From a virus (taxonomy: Duplodnaviria > Heunggongvirae > Uroviricota > Caudoviricetes > Crassvirales): a stretch of DNA of 64,000 nt. Below are positions 39,335 through 47,796 of this stretch, in pieces (the stretch's first letter is position 1; each line of letters begins with the position of its first letter). The notes beneath the pieces were generated by a model, which was not told the origin of the DNA, did no database searches, and saw only the letters and a program-made list of their open reading frames with translations. Where the stretch lies: IMG/VR virus record IMGVR_UViG_3300012956_000013; one strand, written 5' to 3'. The translations under genes and the position numbers were made by a program.

Positions 39335-39375
39335 AAAACGAAGAAACCCAGAGTAGCTTTTGGCTAGGCTCTGGG
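39335..39375 (-). terminator. Candidate terminator or processing hairpin (minus strand)
   Basis: cccagag-(tagcttttggctagg)-ctctggg with an inner palindrome tagc/gcta, followed on the minus strand by UUUCUUCGUUUUA. It ends 1 nt before the 5' end of tRNA-Lys(TTT). Confidence 0.4.
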
Positions 39376-39547
39376 CTTCTAATCAGTTGGTATTGTTTTT
39401 ACCTAGACAACAGACATAGATAACCCAGAGCCAAATTTCTCATTGCCTCCTGCGTTAATTCTATCCACTATCATATTTATTAAAAACATCTTCTGCGTTA
39501 TTTTAATTTATAAGCAAATATACAAAATATATTTTAATCTACCAAAT

Positions 39548-39832
39548 TTATTTTCTAAGTTTCTCAAATTCTTTACGAAAAGCTTCATTTAATAATTTCA
39601 TCCCTTCATCTCCAGTATTAATAGTAATATTCCCCGTATTTATCTTCCATGAAGAATATCTTTTTCCATCCTCTTCCCAAGCATAATGTTTGACATGTGG
39701 AAAATCTATTTTACTTATTTTTTTATGTAACCTACCTAACATAGAATTAGTTTCCAAGAGTTTATAAAACTCAACTTCTCCAAGTCTATTTATAAATGGC
39801 GTTGTTCCGGGATATATTATAGTTTTGTTCAT
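39548..39832 (-). CDS. Hypothetical protein (94 aa) within the tRNA array
   Basis: ORF only. Confidence 0.4.
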   Translation of the reverse strand: MNKTIIYPGTTPFINRLGEVEFYKLLETNSMLGRLHKKISKIDFPHVKHYAWEEDGKRYSSWKINTGNITINTGDEGMKLLNEAFRKEFEKLRK

Positions 39833-39874
39833 TTAGACAAATATACAATATATATGTCTTAATATAATGTTAAT

Positions 39875-39949
39875 GTACTCCCAGAAGGATTTGAGCCCTC
39901 AGTCTCATGGTTCGTAGCCATGTGCTTTATCCAGTTAAGCTATGGGAGC
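39875..39949 (-). tRNA. tRNA-Arg(ACG)
   Basis: Anticodon arm CATGG-CTACGAA-CCATG (A34, as in bacterial Arg-ICG). T loop variant CTCAAAT. Acceptor GCTCCCA/TGGGAGT. Confidence 0.7.
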
Positions 39950-39954
39950 AGTAG

Positions 39955-40026
39955 GGAGATATACCAGACTCGAACTGGTGAATACAGAACCACAATCTGC
40001 TGTGTTACCACTACACTAATACCTCC
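39955..40026 (-). tRNA. tRNA-His(GTG) with encoded G-1 and C73
   Basis: Extra 5' G pairing with the C73 discriminator. D arm GTGT/ACAC. Anticodon loop TTGTGGT. T arm ACCAG/TTCGAGT/CTGGT. Confidence 0.85.
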
Positions 40027-40033
40027 ATATAAG

Positions 40034-40105
40034 TTCCACTACTCCGAATCGAACAGAGATAGTTGGGGCCAAATCCCAATGTAATAGCCTTTATACGATA
40101 GTGGA
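40034..40105 (-). tRNA. tRNA-Gln(TTG), U1-A72
   Basis: Anticodon arm TTGGG-ATTTGGC-CCCAA. Perfect acceptor TCCACTA/TAGTGGA. T arm CTCTG/TTCGATT/CGGAG. Confidence 0.8.
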
Positions 40106-40498
40106 ATTTCTTTCATTATAATGAAGTTTTCTATGACAGTTAGAACATAAAATTATACATTTATTAAGTTCTTTAACTATTCTATCAATAGACCACATCA
40201 AATTACAGATTTCAGCTATATTTATTTCTTTATCTTTTAAATGATGAAACTCTAAACATGCCACATGAGTTTCATCACACTTTGCACATTTTATTTTCTT
40301 TGAATTTATATAATTTCTTATATTTTCTTTTCTTCTATCATTCTTGTTTCTATAATGACTGAGATTATTATGATAATGATTTTTTAAAACCTGTTTATTA
40401 CAATCTTTACATCTAACTTGCAATCCATCTTTGTTTTTAGAACTCTTATTAAAACAAGATTCATCTTTTTCTATTTTACATTTACTACATGTTTTCAT
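40091..40498 (-). CDS. HNH endonuclease with N-terminal zinc-ribbon-like Cys clusters
   Basis: EFHHLKDKEIN...LCSNCHRKLH motif. CSKC...CKDC. The last 15 nt lie inside tRNA-Gln, and the stop TAA equals tRNA nt 13-15. Confidence 0.65.
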   Translation of the reverse strand: MKTCSKCKIEKDESCFNKSSKNKDGLQVRCKDCNKQVLKNHYHNNLSHYRNKNDRRKENIRNYINSKKIKCAKCDETHVACLEFHHLKDKEINIAEICNLMWSIDRIVKELNKCIILCSNCHRKLHYNERNSTIV

Positions 40499-40550
40499 AC
40501 AGTAAATATACGTAAAATATTTTGAACTACCAAATAAAGTTCAAATTATG

Positions 40551-40621
40551 CACGAATGAGAGGATTCGAACCCCTGTCCACGGTTTTGGAGACCGTCATG
40601 TTACCGTTACACCACACTCGT
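40551..40621 (-). tRNA. tRNA-Trp(CCA), A1-U72, G73
   Basis: Anticodon arm ACGGT-CTCCAAA-ACCGT, close to E. coli tRNA-Trp. T arm AGGGG/TTCGAAT/CCTCT. Confidence 0.8.
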
Positions 40622-40688
40622 AGGAAGTGCCACTCAATACTATTGGAAGTAAATCATGACACTGGGAAATTCCTCGTAAGGATTTTCG

Positions 40689-40761
40689 TGGTAAGTAGTG
40701 GTATCGAACCACTATCTCAGGATTTTCAGTCCTTCGCATAGACCATCTTTGCTAACTTACC
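40689..40761 (-). tRNA. tRNA-Phe(GAA)
   Basis: Anticodon loop CTGAAAA. Perfect T arm AGTGG/TTCGATA/CCACT. Acceptor GGTAAGT/ACTTACC. Confidence 0.8.
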
Positions 40762-40833
40762 TTGCCCGGACTTTTCACTGACGGTCTTACCATCACTTCT
40801 TAAGAAGTGGCTTTCTTCATTCCGGAAACCTTG

Positions 40834-40908
40834 AGTCACCTAAGAGATTCGAACTCTTGATTGTACGGTTTTGCAGACCGCTGCCTTTGACCACTCAGCC
40901 AAGGTGAC
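40834..40908 (-). tRNA. tRNA-Cys(GCA), U73
   Basis: Anticodon arm GCGGT-CTGCAAA-ACCGT. T arm AAGAG/TTCGAAT/CTCTT. Acceptor GTCACCT/AGGTGAC. Confidence 0.7.
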
Positions 40909-40913
40909 ATATG

Positions 40914-40985
40914 AGCCAAGTTAGGTACTCGAAACCTATTCCCCGCATTACAAGTGCGGTGCATCACCATATATGCTTACAAGGC
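40914..40985 (-). tRNA. tRNA-Thr(TGT) with two U-U mismatches in the acceptor stem
   Basis: Perfect anticodon arm CCGCA-CTTGTAA-TGCGG and D arm GCAT/ATGC. T arm TAGGT/TTCGAGT/ACCTA. Acceptor GCCTTGT/ACTTGGC (positions 4-69 and 5-68 unpaired). Confidence 0.55.
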
Positions 40986-40990
40986 TTGTG

Positions 40991-41063
40991 TAGAGTAGAC
41001 TGGGGTCGAACCAGCAAAGTCTGCATCCCAAATGCAGGGAGTTACCAATTACTCAACTACTCT
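40991..41063 (-). tRNA. tRNA-Pro(TGG), first gene of the array
   Basis: Anticodon arm CTGCA-TTTGGGA-TGCAG (G37). Perfect acceptor AGAGTAG/CTACTCT. D arm GAGT/ACTC. T arm GCTGG/TTCGACC/CCAGT. Confidence 0.8.
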
Positions 41064-41065
41064 AA

Positions 41066-41092
41066 ATAAAAAACCCCACCTTTTGAGTGGGG
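41066..41092 (-). terminator. Rho-independent terminator (minus strand), ending 3 nt before the tRNA-Pro 5' end
   Basis: ccccac-cttttga-gtgggg (41074-41092), then UUUUUUAU on the minus strand (41066-41073). Confidence 0.65.
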
Positions 41093-41335
41093 TCTTTCTA
41101 TGATATACACTAACTTATTTTAGTATACATACACAACACCCCTCTCCTATGCCTGTTGGGCACTGAGGACAAAAGGTAAACCACTGTGTATGTATGTTTC
41201 GAACTTTCATAAAACAAATATACAACAAATTTAAATAAAAACCAAATTTTTCTTTAATAAATTATAATTTATTTTTTGGGCTTTCCACAGCCACATCCAC
41301 CTTTGTAGAGTTTCATATGTTTAAATTTTAGTATT

Positions 41336-41367
41336 AAATAAAAAAGGAGAGTATAGAAATACCCTCC
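41336..41367 (-). terminator. Rho-independent terminator (minus strand) after the 353-aa fibre-like gene
   Basis: On the minus strand, GGAGGGUA-uuucua-UACUCUCC (the G-U pair works only on the minus strand), then UUUUUUAUUUAAU. Confidence 0.65.
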
Positions 41368-41410
41368 CAAACTATCTCGGAGAACCAACAACCGAGGTTT
41401 TTAAGTCTAA

Positions 41411-42472
41411 TTATATAAGAGGGTAACTTACAGCACCTTCAAAGTTTACAACAATTGTTTTAGTTGTAGCTGCAGTGAATGATGATTGGAACTCAAGAAC
41501 TATATTTTGAGTAGATTTTCTAACTATATAGTTGTACATTTGACCAGCAGATTCGATGTAAGTTATTGATTTTAAATCAATTATACCTGCTTGTTCCCCA
41601 AGTGTCACACATGTAACTGGTATATTCCCAACTGTTACTGTGAATTTTCTTGATGCAGAAACATTGTTTCCAAATGCAACCTGATATGTTAATGCTCCTC
41701 TAAACTCTATTGTTCCATCAAAACGGTAACGATATTCTGGTGCACCAGACAGATATGTAACACTAGGATTTCCTGTAGCAACTAGTGTTATAGGTCTCCA
41801 TATATTATCAAAACAAGGTCTGGTAACTTGTATAGATGCATTAGTTGATAATGTATAGGGGTCTACTCCTGTACCTGAACCACTAACGATTATACCAGTA
41901 CCAGCAATAACCTTTGTTTCACTTCCATCAGGAGCAGTGTATAATGTAACTAACTTACCATCTGAGCCTAATCCTAGCTGATTCCCTAGTTCCGAAGAAA
42001 TAAGAGTTGCTGGAGCTACATCTAGCTTTAATTTTTCATTACCTGCAGGAGAAACTATAGATTTTGTAAGATATGTTCCAGTCTGTATCTTATCATACAA
42101 GTATCCAGATGTAGTATCATCTGCGGATACCTTTGCATTTACATCTACGGGAACACCTCCTTCTGTAGCAGATATTACCATTTGTCTATCACACCCAGTT
42201 CCTGAATATGATATATCAATGTTAAGACCAGCTGTAATTTTTTCAGATAGGTATTCTGGACAAGTATCATCTGCATCTAACATTACCTTTCCTATATTAC
42301 ATATATTCTCCTCTATCTTATCAAGAATGCTTTCTCCATCCTCTCCAGATTCTGTGCCAAGACACTCTCTTACTTTATTTGTTGTTACGCAACCAAATGT
42401 AGTGGGATTAAGACAACCGCAGTTATCATATTCATTACAAGGGTCACAAGGATTTACTTCAGGACAAGCCAT
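41411..42472 (-). CDS. Cys-rich N-terminus structural protein (353 aa), fibre / receptor-binding candidate
   Basis: MACPEVNPCDPCNEYDNCGCLNPTTFGC..., Gly/Thr/Ser-rich beta-rich body. Followed by a terminator. Confidence 0.65.
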   Translation of the reverse strand: MACPEVNPCDPCNEYDNCGCLNPTTFGCVTTNKVRECLGTESGEDGESILDKIEENICNIGKVMLDADDTCPEYLSEKITAGLNIDISYSGTGCDRQMVISATEGGVPVDVNAKVSADDTTSGYLYDKIQTGTYLTKSIVSPAGNEKLKLDVAPATLISSELGNQLGLGSDGKLVTLYTAPDGSETKVIAGTGIIVSGSGTGVDPYTLSTNASIQVTRPCFDNIWRPITLVATGNPSVTYLSGAPEYRYRFDGTIEFRGALTYQVAFGNNVSASRKFTVTVGNIPVTCVTLGEQAGIIDLKSITYIESAGQMYNYIVRKSTQNIVLEFQSSFTAATTKTIVVNFEGAVSYPLI

Positions 42473-42490
42473 TTCTTTTTATTTTATTAA

Positions 42491-42979
42491 TTAACAATTA
42501 TCACAATCACTATCTAGTACTCCTTCTATATATGATGTATAACTTTCAGCACCACTGTTTACAATCTTTATTTTTGGAGCACCTAATCCATCAGGAATTT
42601 TTATTTTTAAAACTGGGTCAGATATAACCTCACATCCGGGCTTTACTAAACCATTAAACACAGTAGTGTTAGTAATCCAGTCATGCACAGTTTCTAAAAA
42701 GACAGATTGGTTATAGTTATTATATGGAGCAGGAATAATATATGTATTAGCTCCTACTATAAGAGAATGTAGTATAGCATCTTGCATAGACCCACTATTG
42801 TCATCTTCCCAAGCAAATCTATAACATACATATTGAGAAGGAGTAGGTAAAGCTCCACACTCTGATGTAACTGATACAGAACCATCAATTATGATAGATT
42901 CTATTTCAGCATCATCTGGTAGAATTATACAGTCTCCAGCATTTAAAAGATATGTTCTTAGTGCACTATTTGTTGCCAT
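42491..42979 (-). CDS. Hypothetical structural protein (162 aa)
   Basis: ORF in the structural gene run. Confidence 0.6.
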   Translation of the reverse strand: MATNSALRTYLLNAGDCIILPDDAEIESIIIDGSVSVTSECGALPTPSQYVCYRFAWEDDNSGSMQDAILHSLIVGANTYIIPAPYNNYNQSVFLETVHDWITNTTVFNGLVKPGCEVISDPVLKIKIPDGLGAPKIKIVNSGAESYTSYIEGVLDSDCDNC

Positions 42980-42989
42980 TTTTTAATTT

Positions 42990-44249
42990 TTAAGGAGCAG
43001 CTGTAGTTGTAGTAGTAGTAGATGTTGTATTATATTCATCTATTACTAAAGAAGCAGCAGATGATTTATATATAATAAGAACTGTTCCAGTTCCCTCTGC
43101 ACAAATCTTACAATACTTACAAGTAGCTTTACTAACTTTTTTAGAAAGACATTTTTGACAAGTAAGTGAACCTGTTCCAAGAATTGCAGTAATACTTATC
43201 GTTAACTCACCTATCGTATTTAATCCAGATATAAGAACTTCTTCCTCCAGATTATTAGCAATTGCTATATTAAAGTCAACGCTATTTCCATCTATATCTG
43301 TTATTGTACCATATGAACCTTGGTCTGTAAATCCAGCAGGTATAACTGTGCCAGCACCATATGTGAAACGAAGGATTAGTCCATCAGCATCTTCATTATA
43401 TACAGCACTAAATCCTAACTTAATATCTTCACAAGATAGAGCACAACAATTTGTCTCTATTGTTTTAACTCTCTGCCAAACATTTCCGAAGGCAATTAAC
43501 AGATTATTATAATTTTCTGCCCAATTAGATGGTGCAAGCACCCATCCGGGGAGTAATCCAAACTCAGCATTCATATCTGCGGGAGTACTTCCTAATGCAG
43601 AAGATATATCTGTTTCATCACCAGTAGCATCTCTCAAATCACATAAGGAATCTGCAATTGATACAGTCTGTCCAGATGTTGGCTTTACTACAGCATCTAT
43701 GCAAGTAGCAAACTCTGGCTCTGTAACAGAGGGATTTATATCAATATTATTTATCTGGGATTGTAGAGATGTAACTTTACCCTCAAGAGTTTCTATTCTA
43801 TCTTTATGATTACAAAGGTTATCTATAATAAGTTGGTCTAACTGCTCTCTTGTAATAGAGAGAGAATTACCAAGATTATCAAAATCAGCATAGCATTTTA
43901 AATTAACACTCACTCCTGAATTAGAAAGTAAGCTATTAAGTTGCTCAGATAGAGTATCGATGAAATCCTTTAGGCATATCTGGTTTGCTTTTATGAGATT
44001 TAATACAGATAATACAGTAATCTCATTTGGAGCTCTTTGGTTACATATATCAGTAAGTGAATCTATATCAAACTGACTTAAATCTTCTCCGGCTATTTCT
44101 TGTAGCTTCGATACGATTTCTACTGTAATATTATTAAGTGAGTCTCCGTCACATATACCCAAATACTCTATATCACCTCCGTTCCATGTTACACATGAGG
44201 AAGGTGTTGGTATACAGTTTTCAACTTCACAGTTTTTTACTCTGTTCAT
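42990..44249 (-). CDS. Fibre-like structural protein (419 aa) ending in a poly-Thr linker (STTTTTTAAP)
   Basis: ORF. Coiled-coil segment. C-terminal poly-Thr encoded by gcagctgtagttgtagtagtagtag (42993-43030). Confidence 0.65.
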   Translation of the reverse strand: MNRVKNCEVENCIPTPSSCVTWNGGDIEYLGICDGDSLNNITVEIVSKLQEIAGEDLSQFDIDSLTDICNQRAPNEITVLSVLNLIKANQICLKDFIDTLSEQLNSLLSNSGVSVNLKCYADFDNLGNSLSITREQLDQLIIDNLCNHKDRIETLEGKVTSLQSQINNIDINPSVTEPEFATCIDAVVKPTSGQTVSIADSLCDLRDATGDETDISSALGSTPADMNAEFGLLPGWVLAPSNWAENYNNLLIAFGNVWQRVKTIETNCCALSCEDIKLGFSAVYNEDADGLILRFTYGAGTVIPAGFTDQGSYGTITDIDGNSVDFNIAIANNLEEEVLISGLNTIGELTISITAILGTGSLTCQKCLSKKVSKATCKYCKICAEGTGTVLIIYKSSAASLVIDEYNTTSTTTTTTAAP

Positions 44250-44397
44250 TTATTTACATTTACCGAGGGTTATTTTCATCCACAGGTCTTTTAGTTTCTG
44301 CTTTGAAGAATAAGACTCATATTTCTTAGAAAAACAAGTTTCTACAAAGTATTTCTCACTTAGTAGCTGCTCATATTTCAAGTTAGCAAAATTGCAT

Positions 44398-44946
44398 TTA
44401 ACATTGGCACTCATTGGTATATTGTTCTAGAAGTTTAGTAGACCAATTATAAAGTTCCTTACCTTTATCTTTCTCATTACATTCTTCAATCTTATATTTG
44501 GCAGCCATGAGATATTCATCTATTTCCCTCAATTTGTCTCTATTTTCATAGTATTCTACCCTAGTAAGTTTACATTCATCTTCTAAAAGCTTATCCCACT
44601 CACTACGTAACTTATTTTTCATTTCAGTAATTCGTAAATGATAATAGTGCTGAAGAGTGTGAATATTAGGTTTATATGATTGCTTTATCTCATATATTCC
44701 ATCAGGAAGGTCTTGTAAGTCTGCAATATCTGATACTTTCTTATAACCTAGATTCGAAGAATTTAAAGCTAATGAGAAGTTTCTTTGAATATGAAAAGTT
44801 ATCCACTTTGACTTATTTACAGGAAGAACCTCGATAAGATAGTTTTCTAATGCATCATCATCACAATAATGAGATGTATCATAAACTCTCATTATTTTAG
44901 AGTTCTGAGAGTCGGATATATCAAGGTATAATTCGTGTTTGGACAC
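44398..44946 (-). CDS. Hypothetical protein (182 aa)
   Basis: ORF. Confidence 0.55.
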   Translation of the reverse strand: MSKHELYLDISDSQNSKIMRVYDTSHYCDDDALENYLIEVLPVNKSKWITFHIQRNFSLALNSSNLGYKKVSDIADLQDLPDGIYEIKQSYKPNIHTLQHYYHLRITEMKNKLRSEWDKLLEDECKLTRVEYYENRDKLREIDEYLMAAKYKIEECNEKDKGKELYNWSTKLLEQYTNECQC

Positions 44947-45000
44947 AGTATAAGATAATTAAAAAATGTGAGAAATTAAAATAATTTTATATGTTAAAAT

Positions 45001-45034
45001 CAAAAAGGTGAGCAGAGACTCTGCCCTACTCACC
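45001..45034 (-). terminator. Rho-independent terminator (minus strand) after the 680-aa structural gene
   Basis: ggtgag(cagag-a-ctctg)ccctac-ctcacc hairpin (45007-45034), then UUUUUGAUUUUAAC on the minus strand. Confidence 0.65.
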
Positions 45035-45058
45035 TTTTGAGATTAATATATTGGACTA

Positions 45059-47101
45059 TTAAGATTGTTGTCCGCTACTTCCACCTATGTTTGCTTCATT
45101 TACATGGAGCTTCACACCAGACTTAGCAGTAAGAACATCTACCACATTGCTCTCAAACTGAAGAGCTGCAGCGTCTCCTTCTTTGAAGGCAAATACTGCT
45201 GTGAATGTTTCTTGCTCATTCTTTCTGAATGAATTTCCATAAGATGCTTTAAACCTTAGGTAGTACAAGTTATAGTATGCATTCTTATCAACACTTGATA
45301 AAAGATTCATATCAAATGCCTCTCTCATTCTTGGTTCAAGGCTCCACTGGCTTACATGCTTAAGATAAGCATCTGTCTTCATAAGAAGCTCTCTTACCAC
45401 ATATTCACCACTTTGACGTGAAATTCTACCAATTCTTGATTGTGATACAGTTGGCCACTGTGCAACATCACATCTGTCAGCATCCTCTTGGAAAAGAGAT
45501 ACTTCCATCTTAATTGGTTCAGTTTCATAGTAATCCATAGGATTAAATGAACAGTCACCAAATTTAGGGTCAATATAACCAGCTGTTACAACAATACCAC
45601 ATTTTCTTGCATCATTATCTACGTGAACAGATGGAACTACTTCCCAAGAGTTATTCTCAAACGCTGGTAAGCTGTCATAAGTAAATGTTACATTACTTGT
45701 TAAGCAACCTTCATCAAGACAGTCAACAGAATACTGCTGAACAGTATAGTCATCTTTACAAGCATTACCTGCCTCAAGAGCTAATGTATCAAGTCTGATG
45801 CCAACTACTCCTGCAAGAGCACCTTCAATATCTGTAAGTCTATCACCTTCTGCATCACAGTCAGGACGATTGATATTTTTGATACGAAGAGTTCTGCTTG
45901 AACGAATACCTGTACCACAGCTCTCCCAAGCTACTGCAACTGGTGTATCAAATACACAAACTGCTGCTTCAGTATGAGAAAATTCTACAATGTCTGCTCC
46001 TATTGCGGGGTCAAGAACTGTTCCAGCAACAAATTTAACTTTAACAAGTGCTACAGCTCCATCACTTGCAATAAACACTGCATCAGGATTAGCTGTTCCA
46101 GCAGCTGTAGTTGTAGAAGTTGTTGATGTTGAGGTAGTTATAGACTCCTGAGTTGCGTAAGCTTGCCATACTGTATTAGCATATGCATCTCTTGTTGCAG
46201 CAGTAGAGAAATCCTCTGAACCAACTATTGGTCTTCTTATAAGGAATACATCTTTAGCTGGTACAAGATAGCTGTCTGCTGGGCAATCTTCACAAACTGC
46301 TTGAAGTACATCTCCAGTTTGTTGGAATGCAGATGGAGCAGTGTCCCCGTCAGCCTGACAAAACTGGTAAGTAGATTGGCTACCTACACGGCTTGTTCTA
46401 ACTACGTTTACACCAGATGGTGCTTGAGCTTTAACTGCGTTAAGAGCCTGAGCATCACCATTATCACAAAGTGTTAAACACCACTGTGTCATATTAGTAG
46501 CAGCTGCACTGTAAGTATTGCTTTTATACTTTGCTGTTACTCCGAACTTACGAAGTTCAGTATGATTATTAATTAAATCGATAAGTGCTTTTGTATGAAC
46601 TTCACAGTCCACAATTGGGTCAGGACAATCTCCTGCTGCACATGGTTCAGTACAATCTTCCTTTGGAGTGTAGGAAACTACATACTCTTTAGGACCATTG
46701 AAGAAACGATATACAGGTTGACCGTGGAAGTAAAACTTAATACGAAGAGCTTCTCCAGTATTAAATTTCAGGCTCTTGGAAGACGGAGAACCGTTGTATC
46801 CAATAACCCACTCTTCATTCTGAAGCCTTTGAGGCTTAGAAAGGTACATGTCTTCTACATCTTTACCGAAGAAGAAAGGAGACTTGTGACTGTTACGCAC
46901 TAAAGAGCCATACCAGTCTAAACCTCCATTTGCTCCCTGAGCAAAAAAGAATTCTTTACCATTTCCAATAGCTGTTGCTACAGAGAAGGTGTTACGGTCA
47001 AACAAACCTACTTTTCCTGCAGTAAGGTCTGACGAATGACCAGAAGTTGCTATTCCTCCTGTTACCACATAAAAGGGTACATGATAGCTAAAATTTTCCA
47101 T
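45059..47101 (-). CDS. Abundant structural protein (680 aa), Cys-rich, with an internal Thr/Ala-rich linker (TTSTSTTSTTTAAGTA); capsid decoration / fibre / alternative MCP candidate
   Basis: ORF followed by a strong terminator. GC-richer segment 46000-46500. Shares the agctgtagttgtag DNA motif with the 42990-44249 gene. Confidence 0.7.
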   Translation of the reverse strand: MENFSYHVPFYVVTGGIATSGHSSDLTAGKVGLFDRNTFSVATAIGNGKEFFFAQGANGGLDWYGSLVRNSHKSPFFFGKDVEDMYLSKPQRLQNEEWVIGYNGSPSSKSLKFNTGEALRIKFYFHGQPVYRFFNGPKEYVVSYTPKEDCTEPCAAGDCPDPIVDCEVHTKALIDLINNHTELRKFGVTAKYKSNTYSAAATNMTQWCLTLCDNGDAQALNAVKAQAPSGVNVVRTSRVGSQSTYQFCQADGDTAPSAFQQTGDVLQAVCEDCPADSYLVPAKDVFLIRRPIVGSEDFSTAATRDAYANTVWQAYATQESITTSTSTTSTTTAAGTANPDAVFIASDGAVALVKVKFVAGTVLDPAIGADIVEFSHTEAAVCVFDTPVAVAWESCGTGIRSSRTLRIKNINRPDCDAEGDRLTDIEGALAGVVGIRLDTLALEAGNACKDDYTVQQYSVDCLDEGCLTSNVTFTYDSLPAFENNSWEVVPSVHVDNDARKCGIVVTAGYIDPKFGDCSFNPMDYYETEPIKMEVSLFQEDADRCDVAQWPTVSQSRIGRISRQSGEYVVRELLMKTDAYLKHVSQWSLEPRMREAFDMNLLSSVDKNAYYNLYYLRFKASYGNSFRKNEQETFTAVFAFKEGDAAALQFESNVVDVLTAKSGVKLHVNEANIGGSSGQQS

Positions 47102-47124
47102 AAAACTTTGTTGTTAATTGTTAT

Positions 47125-47796
47125 TTAATTATTAGATTCAACTCTCGACTCTGTAAGAGCCTTTGCATTTAATGATTCAATATCTGATGATATGATTTTA
47201 GCAGCCTCATCTACAAGTAATTCACATATATCATCTTTGAATTCAACTATTGTAGATAGCTTTTTAAAATCGTAGAATACAGGTTTTCTATAATACGTTA
47301 ACTCCACTTTGTCAATTATGAAGTCTTTATTATGATAGACATGTATTCTATTACCAATTAGGGTGTGGAATGTTTCCTCAAACTCAAAAGATGGTAATTC
47401 ATTTACCAGACTGTCAACATTAGCTTCCTCTTTTAAGGAAGACCTGATTGCTACTCCTTTACATTGTCCTTTTGAAACATATGGAGTTAGTCTTTTGAAG
47501 TAAAGATAGTCAGATGGAAGTTTATTTGTCTCCACGTAAACACCTTTTTCTCTAATTGTCAGATTATCAGTTTTTAAAAGAACTTGAAGGTCATCAACTC
47601 TTATTACAGTTTCTTCATCACCTTCCTGCTTTATATTATTCCCATGATACTGTCTTCTTACCCACTCATTTACTCCCTTATTAAAAGCCTCTTGCTTAAC
47701 ATACCTCCAAAGATTATCATAATCATCGGAGGAGCTTTTATTTAGTCGTAAGTCAATTTTAGTAGATATCTGAAGAAGTGTCATTATTCTTTCCAT
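47125..47796 (-). CDS. Hypothetical structural protein (223 aa)
   Basis: ORF. Confidence 0.6.
   Translation of the reverse strand: MERIMTLLQISTKIDLRLNKSSSDDYDNLWRYVKQEAFNKGVNEWVRRQYHGNNIKQEGDEETVIRVDDLQVLLKTDNLTIREKGVYVETNKLPSDYLYFKRLTPYVSKGQCKGVAIRSSLKEEANVDSLVNELPSFEFEETFHTLIGNRIHVYHNKDFIIDKVELTYYRKPVFYDFKKLSTIVEFKDDICELLVDEAAKIISSDIESLNAKALTESRVESNN

Noticed and set aside
35639-41063. Suppressor tRNAs and stop-codon recoding, as known for some crAss-like phages
   Set aside because: None of the anticodons I could read is CTA, TTA or TCA. The long ORFs in this window have no in-frame stops.
41130-41210. Possible extra tRNA because of a gtttcgaac string upstream of the array
   Set aside because: No acceptor, D or anticodon stems could be built on either strand around it. 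More likely part of the promoter or leader region of the tRNA array.
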